DNA of 10,932 nucleotides from Candidatus Heimdallarchaeota archaeon (lineage in GTDB: Archaea; Asgardarchaeota; Heimdallarchaeia; Heimdallarchaeales; Heimdallarchaeaceae): contig JAHLWR010000042.1 in assembly GCA_019057815.1 (NCBI GenBank), positions 1-10,932 on the forward strand, given 5' to 3'. This document shows positions 6,434 through 10,932 of this stretch, in pieces. How positions within the stretch are numbered: position 1 is the stretch's first letter; every line of letters begins with the position of its first letter. Made by a program: the position numbers and the translations under genes. A model generated the notes under the pieces. The model saw only the letters and a program-made list of their open reading frames with translations, made no database searches and was not told the origin of the DNA.

Positions 6434-9400
6434 TTACTTTTTCCTTTTGATTCTAGCTACAATAGCAGTCACAAAAACTGCACCTAGAGCCCAAAAGACC
6501 ATATCTAAACTTCCAGCACGAGTGTGAGATTCACTTGTTGCGACTTCAGCACCAGCAGAAGTTCCTGTTGCGGTAGAGGCGCCATAATCTTCCCAGTCAT
6601 TTGTATCTTGGGATACAGCATTCATTGTAATTAACAATTGTTCTCCACTGGAAACTTCTATTGCAACACCGCCACCACCGAGTTCGTTCTCGAAGCGACT
6701 GTCGTAGATTATTTGAAGTCCAGGTAAGTAGCATCCATCATTGGTTAAGAATTTCCATCTCATGGTTAGAGTGACTGACTCTCCAGGAGCTAGTGTTATA
6801 CCATCAAAGATTATAAGACCCATACCATAGTGGTCGGGAATTACTGATGCGCTACCTAATGTTGAATCCTCGAATGCATATTCAAGTTCAGCTAGGTTGT
6901 AGTATTGGTAAGCTGTAATGGAAGTTGTCTCATCACCAACATTAGTTATTGTAATAACTAATTCTAGCTCAACTGGGAGATATGGGTGTACATCTGGATC
7001 AATAATGAAGCTAGGAACTACTTCAATATCTAAAACTGGTTGTGGGAAAGCAGGTTCCATATTTTCTGTTGATGGAAGCAGTATAGCCCAATCCATGTTA
7101 GATAGAACCAAATGGTGAGCTTCAGCTGCACCTTCAAATTGCTCAGTATTTCCAAACCAATCCTCAACATCAAGTGGTAGTTGACCATAGTCACTTATGA
7201 AATCAGCAACTCCGTAAACTGAGTGGATACCTAAGAATGAATTAGCATCTACAATTATGAAACCACTATAAGTTTCTCCTGCAGGAATTGTACCTATATC
7301 GTCTACTGCAAATTCTTCTGGATGAGTTATTTGCCAGTTATTACCCATTTGTCCATGGAATAGACGTAATTTGACTTCTCGAGCATCACAATCACCAGTG
7401 TTTTCAATAGTGTAGTCAATTCTAACTGGGTCTCCCACTATGTAACCTGTTTGATCCATAGCTACATTAACATTCAGAACTGCTTCATCATCAGCAATCT
7501 GGAAGTTAAGACCGTTGCTGAAACCGAAGTATTCGAAGTTTTGTGGATCTTCATATCTGTATCTGGCTCCTGGGGAAATCCAGACATCATTCCATGCATC
7601 ATAAAAGCTGAGTAAGCGCCCATGTGCTAGTTGACCTGCAGCATCAGCGAAACCAAGAGCAGTTTGCATGATTTCCTCGAAAGTCCAGTCATCTGTGTCT
7701 AGTTTAACAGCTGGAATTGTACCTCCTACTTCGAAGGGATAAACAATTCTCATAAAACCTATACTCCATGCTTGAGATGGAATGTTGGTTAAATTCCAGT
7801 TAAGAGTAACTGTTTCAGCTGGGGCTAAACTTCCAATACTAGCCTCCAAGAAATATTCTGTACGTTCTGTTTCAAAACGACCTACAGTTTTTTCAACTAT
7901 AGCAAAATCTCCTACAACAAGGTCAAATACAGATTGTTCTTGGTACAACAAGTCAAATAGTTGTCTTGCGGCAAGTGAGACAGAAACTTCTAATGTATCT
8001 AGATATTTATCAATACCCTTTTGAACATCAGCAATACTTGTATAATCTGCTAGATTCACGAGTTCAAGAGCTTCCGTTACTCTTTCGATTAGGATATTAC
8101 TCAATCCATCAACGCAGTGAATGCTCACCGATATATCAACTTCTCCAAGTAGAGTAGTCAAGAACCAATATTCAACATTTTCTGTTTTTAGTACTTGATT
8201 AGTATTTGTCTCATCTATATCGACCCATGTACCATCAGTATCATTAACATACCAACCATCAAGGACTAAAACGATTTGATCTACATAAATATCATCAACG
8301 TCAGCAAATGCAGTATGATCGCTGTAAGTAACATTGAATGTACCATAAATTTCCATATAGATACCCTCATCAACCGTTACATCATCGCGTAATCGATAGA
8401 TATCAGGTTTTTCGTCTAATAAATCTTGGAAAGCTGGTCCTAGAGGATAGCTAATTAAGATATCTTCTGCTGTTTCTTCACCTGTGTTTGTTACTTCATA
8501 AAGCATTTCGAGTGTTCCTTCTTCTCGCAAGAGTGTCTGATCATATCCCATGTTTACATGAACTCTTGGATTTGAAGCTAATGCAGAATGATCTATGTCA
8601 AATATGACCTCGTAATTTGTTGGTGATTCAACAAATAGTCCTCTCTGAATCATCCAATCCATTTTACCCGTTATTTGTGGAGCAAAATTATCTGGCATTG
8701 GACTTATTGAGGATGGATTAACTGTATATGGGAATCTGAACTTTACTTCAGAAAATTTAAGATATCCAGCATCTGAGCATGGAGCTACATAAACTCCAAA
8801 GACGTTATTTGTGGACAGTGTGTAAGGTTCTGTTCCTGTTATTGCGTCATCATCAACATAAGTTACACCTCTCATAGGGAATGTATAACCTTCAAAGTAA
8901 CCTGCACCAATATATACTGCTTTAATGGGGGCACCACTTACTACTGTTGGATCAAGTAATTCAGCAAAACCTGTTGTGAATGCGGACCCTATTTCTGTTA
9001 CAAGATCTACAATGTTTGTTTCACTGGCTCCTCCGGTGAAAGCATAAACATAATTACCAGAAGCAGACAGCATTGCTCTTGCCCAATGAAGTGTAACCCC
9101 ATAGAATGTTGAGAAATCTTCTGCTATTGATAATGCTTCAGTGAGACTTCCATCAGCTCCTAATGTTGCCTTGATTTCTAAAACTAATGTAGCGTTTTCG
9201 GGAGCTAAGAAAGGTCTTCTTAATAGATAGGTATCAAACCCATCTTGGAACGACACAACGTAAACCCAACTAGCAACATTTGCTAATAACGTCCCTGTGT
9301 CAATATCTTGGTCAGGTCCACCAACTATGTTGATTTGTACCAACGCAGCAGAACCTATACCTGCTGTGACCGTTAACTCTTCAGCAATTATTGCGGGAGT

Positions 9401-9520
9401 TGCTGTAAGACTATTGTATTGTTCTGTTACAATAGAAGCTTGCAAAAGACTTCCGCTTAATGTTAGGAGGATAACGGTTAAGCCTAAAACTGTTGAACCC
9501 ATAAGGATTTTCTTTTTCAT
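6434..9520 (-). CDS. Large acidic cell-surface/S-layer-like protein with signal peptide, CARDB/DUF11-type Ig-like domains and a C-terminal membrane anchor (1028 aa)
   Basis: The start is re-assigned from TTG 9538 to ATG 9520, because GGAGGT (9536-9531) is an SD and MKKKILMGSTVLGLTVILLTLSGSLLQA is a typical signal peptide. There are three NxG motifs (VTNTG, IENTG, ITNVG) and three [LI].[PA][AG]E[TS]-type motifs (LAPAET, IPAGET, LAPGES). An S/T/G-rich linker precedes the TM helix VFWALGAVFVTAIVA and the RIKRKK tail. Confidence 0.78.
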   Translation of the reverse strand: MKKKILMGSTVLGLTVILLTLSGSLLQASIVTEQYNSLTATPAIIAEELTVTAGIGSAALVQINIVGGPDQDIDTGTLLANVASWVYVVSFQDGFDTYLLRRPFLAPENATLVLEIKATLGADGSLTEALSIAEDFSTFYGVTLHWARAMLSASGNYVYAFTGGASETNIVDLVTEIGSAFTTGFAELLDPTVVSGAPIKAVYIGAGYFEGYTFPMRGVTYVDDDAITGTEPYTLSTNNVFGVYVAPCSDAGYLKFSEVKFRFPYTVNPSSISPMPDNFAPQITGKMDWMIQRGLFVESPTNYEVIFDIDHSALASNPRVHVNMGYDQTLLREEGTLEMLYEVTNTGEETAEDILISYPLGPAFQDLLDEKPDIYRLRDDVTVDEGIYMEIYGTFNVTYSDHTAFADVDDIYVDQIVLVLDGWYVNDTDGTWVDIDETNTNQVLKTENVEYWFLTTLLGEVDISVSIHCVDGLSNILIERVTEALELVNLADYTSIADVQKGIDKYLDTLEVSVSLAARQLFDLLYQEQSVFDLVVGDFAIVEKTVGRFETERTEYFLEASIGSLAPAETVTLNWNLTNIPSQAWSIGFMRIVYPFEVGGTIPAVKLDTDDWTFEEIMQTALGFADAAGQLAHGRLLSFYDAWNDVWISPGARYRYEDPQNFEYFGFSNGLNFQIADDEAVLNVNVAMDQTGYIVGDPVRIDYTIENTGDCDAREVKLRLFHGQMGNNWQITHPEEFAVDDIGTIPAGETYSGFIIVDANSFLGIHSVYGVADFISDYGQLPLDVEDWFGNTEQFEGAAEAHHLVLSNMDWAILLPSTENMEPAFPQPVLDIEVVPSFIIDPDVHPYLPVELELVITITNVGDETTSITAYQYYNLAELEYAFEDSTLGSASVIPDHYGMGLIIFDGITLAPGESVTLTMRWKFLTNDGCYLPGLQIIYDSRFENELGGGGVAIEVSSGEQLLITMNAVSQDTNDWEDYGASTATGTSAGAEVATSESHTRAGSLDMVFWALGAVFVTAIVARIKRKK

Positions 9521-9530
9521 TTTATATAAG

Positions 9531-9588
9531 ACCTCCAAAATTTTGGCTAATATCTACTATCCCAAACACACATTATAAAGATTATTTT
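9531..9588 (-). promoter_or_regulatory. BRE/TATA (AAAATAATC-TTTATAA, TATA at 9579-9573) and SD GGAGGT (9536-9531) for the surface protein gene
   Basis: An A-rich element is followed by TTTATAA ~55 nt upstream of ATG 9520, and the SD is a perfect match. Confidence 0.6.
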
Positions 9589-9691
9589 AGATTTCAGTAT
9601 AAGCATTTAGTTCGAGAAAATTAGAAAATCAATAATATGTTACTTTCAAGGCTTTTAACGTAGAAAGGACAGATTCAAGCAAAAAATACTG

Positions 9692-10648
9692 CTATTCAAA
9701 GTTATTTCGTAGACTTTTTGCTGCTTGTTCTGGTAATGTCCCATTTATAAAAGTTCCACCGCTAGTTTCAACAGCTCCTAATAGCTTTAGAGATTCCTTG
9801 TTTCTTTGAGGTGTGTGTATCTTGAAATACATATGAAAAGCAGCAGAACCAAGAGTGTTCAATGGGCTTTGATTAAGACTCAACGAGTAACTGACTTTTT
9901 TGTTGAAAATAGAGTTCATAGATTGGATAACTTTTGGGAGCAAATTAGAAAACGATTCCTTTTCTCTTTGAGTACTATTATGTAGTAGTCCATAATGTCT
10001 TTTAGGATAAATATAAACATCATAAGCATATTTAGCGAAATATGGTACTAGACCAATGATATAGTCATCTTCGTAGATTATTCTTTCTTTCTTTTCTTTT
10101 TCAGATACAATATAATCACAAGTCATGCATTGTTTGCTTTCCTTTTGATACTGCACTGTTGCATTGAACTCTTTTTCAATTATTGGAGGAATAAATGGAA
10201 ACCCGTATATTTGTCCATGAGGGTGAATCAATGTTGCACCAACATCTTCTCCATAATTTTCAAAAGGGAGAATATACTTTATATTGGAGTCTTTGGCGAA
10301 ATCTACGGTTGCATCACACCACTTGATGAAAATAGCTAGAATTTCTTCTTCACTTAAATCAATAAACATCGCTTCGTGTTTTTCTGTATAAACTACTAGT
10401 TCACAAAACCCATATGGATTAGATTTTTCAAAAAAAGTTCCCGTTTTAACCTTTTTAAAGTCCTCTTGATTATCTAATGATGGATATTTGTTTGGGATTC
10501 TCAGAGGTTTCTTAAATTCTGGGACTTCTTCACTTCCAGAACATAATGGACAGTACTCTTCTTTGCGATCTGGCCTTTTTTGCCTTGCTGGAGAGTAAAT
10601 TATTAATTCATTTGTGAAAGGATTTCGTCGTATTTCTGATTCTGCCAT
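9692..10648 (-). CDS. galT: Galactose-1-phosphate uridylyltransferase (GalT family, HIT superfamily)
   Basis: The N-terminal motifs are EIRRNPFT...SPARQKRP, the Zn motif CPLC and NKYPSL. The catalytic motif is FENYG...GATLIHPHGQIY. FHMYFKIH and LGAVET...PEQAA lie near the C-terminus. Confidence 0.92.
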   Translation of the reverse strand: MAESEIRRNPFTNELIIYSPARQKRPDRKEEYCPLCSGSEEVPEFKKPLRIPNKYPSLDNQEDFKKVKTGTFFEKSNPYGFCELVVYTEKHEAMFIDLSEEEILAIFIKWCDATVDFAKDSNIKYILPFENYGEDVGATLIHPHGQIYGFPFIPPIIEKEFNATVQYQKESKQCMTCDYIVSEKEKKERIIYEDDYIIGLVPYFAKYAYDVYIYPKRHYGLLHNSTQREKESFSNLLPKVIQSMNSIFNKKVSYSLSLNQSPLNTLGSAAFHMYFKIHTPQRNKESLKLLGAVETSGGTFINGTLPEQAAKSLRNNFE

Positions 10649-10669
10649 TAAGAAAAAATTTCGTTTTCT

Positions 10670-10677
10670 TATTTAAA
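10670..10677 (-). promoter_or_regulatory. TATA box (TTTAAATA) of galT, likely leaderless transcript
   Basis: It lies 21 nt upstream of ATG 10648, with no SD in between. Confidence 0.55.
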
Positions 10678-10932
10678 GGTGAACATAGCAGAAATCCCCT
10701 AACTTTAGGTGGGGGATGAAGCTATATGACTATCTCTTCGTCTATTATTCAGCTTTTTATACTAAAAAATGAACTAAAGAAGTAAGGAAATGAACAATGC
10801 TAACCTACAAAGTGCAACTGTACCCTAATAAACAGCAACAAGCAAAACTTGTTGAACAGTTGGATAGTTGTAGAAATCTCTATAATAGGTTACTAGAAGA
10901 GTGCAAAAAAACGCAAGAGAAGGGAGAAAAAC
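10677..10932 (+). mobile_element. IS200/IS605-family element, left end and 5' part (no tnpA upstream of tnpB; IS1341-like), truncated by the window edge
   Basis: A subterminal imperfect hairpin ATCCCCTAAC-TTTA-GGTGGGGGAT spans 10694-10717. The arrangement TTAA | 15 nt | AAAT | CCCC hairpin mirrors the IS608 left-end geometry. A tnpB start follows. Confidence 0.85.
10797..10932 (+). CDS. tnpB: TnpB RNA-guided nuclease, N-terminal fragment (partial)
   Basis: Manual translation gives MLTYKVQLYPNKQQQAKLVEQLDSCRNLYNRLLEECKKTQEKGEK..., matching the IS605 OrfB N-terminal pattern YK.rLYP...Q...L......cR.lYN..L. It is absent from the ORF track because it is truncated. A TATA-like TTTTTATA lies at 10754-10761. 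Confidence 0.88.
   Translation, partial: MLTYKVQLYPNKQQQAKLVEQLDSCRNLYNRLLEECKKTQEKGEK

Noticed and set aside
9521-9538. ORF-track start (TTG 9538, MEVLYK...)
   Set aside because: This segment contains the GGAGGT SD for ATG 9520, which gives a canonical signal peptide.
6918-9578. Plus-strand ORFs 6918-7118, 7782-8024, 7966-8157 and 9297-9578
   Set aside because: They are antisense to the surface protein gene and have no independent support.
10130-10339. 69-aa plus-strand ORF
   Set aside because: It is antisense to the galT catalytic region.
1-10932. CRISPR array, tRNA or rRNA
   Set aside because: I saw no spaced direct repeats or cloverleaf-like GC-rich segments, and the intergenic gaps are short.

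Overview
This is an AT-rich, archaeal-looking window, with TATA boxes, oligo-T terminators and GGTG/GGAGGT Shine-Dalgarno sites. An Asgard origin is plausible but is inference only. The centrepiece is a tightly coupled four-gene minus-strand operon (6348->1532). It encodes a 991-aa SMC ATPase with SMC5/6-type head and hinge motifs, a probable kleisin, a tandem winged-helix KITE (Nse1/Nse3/MAGE-like), and a stand-alone Cys-rich RING-like zinc-finger protein. The KITE and RING genes overlap by 4 nt in the same domain order as eukaryotic Nse1, so the locus looks like a prokaryotic SMC5/6-like complex with a 'split Nse1'. Flanking genes are a membrane-anchored EEP-family nuclease/phosphatase, a ~1028-aa S-layer-like surface protein and galT. 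At the right edge is the left end of an IS200/IS605 element with the start of tnpB, apparently inserted in the galT TATA box. All assignments come from reading motifs by eye; no searches were run.
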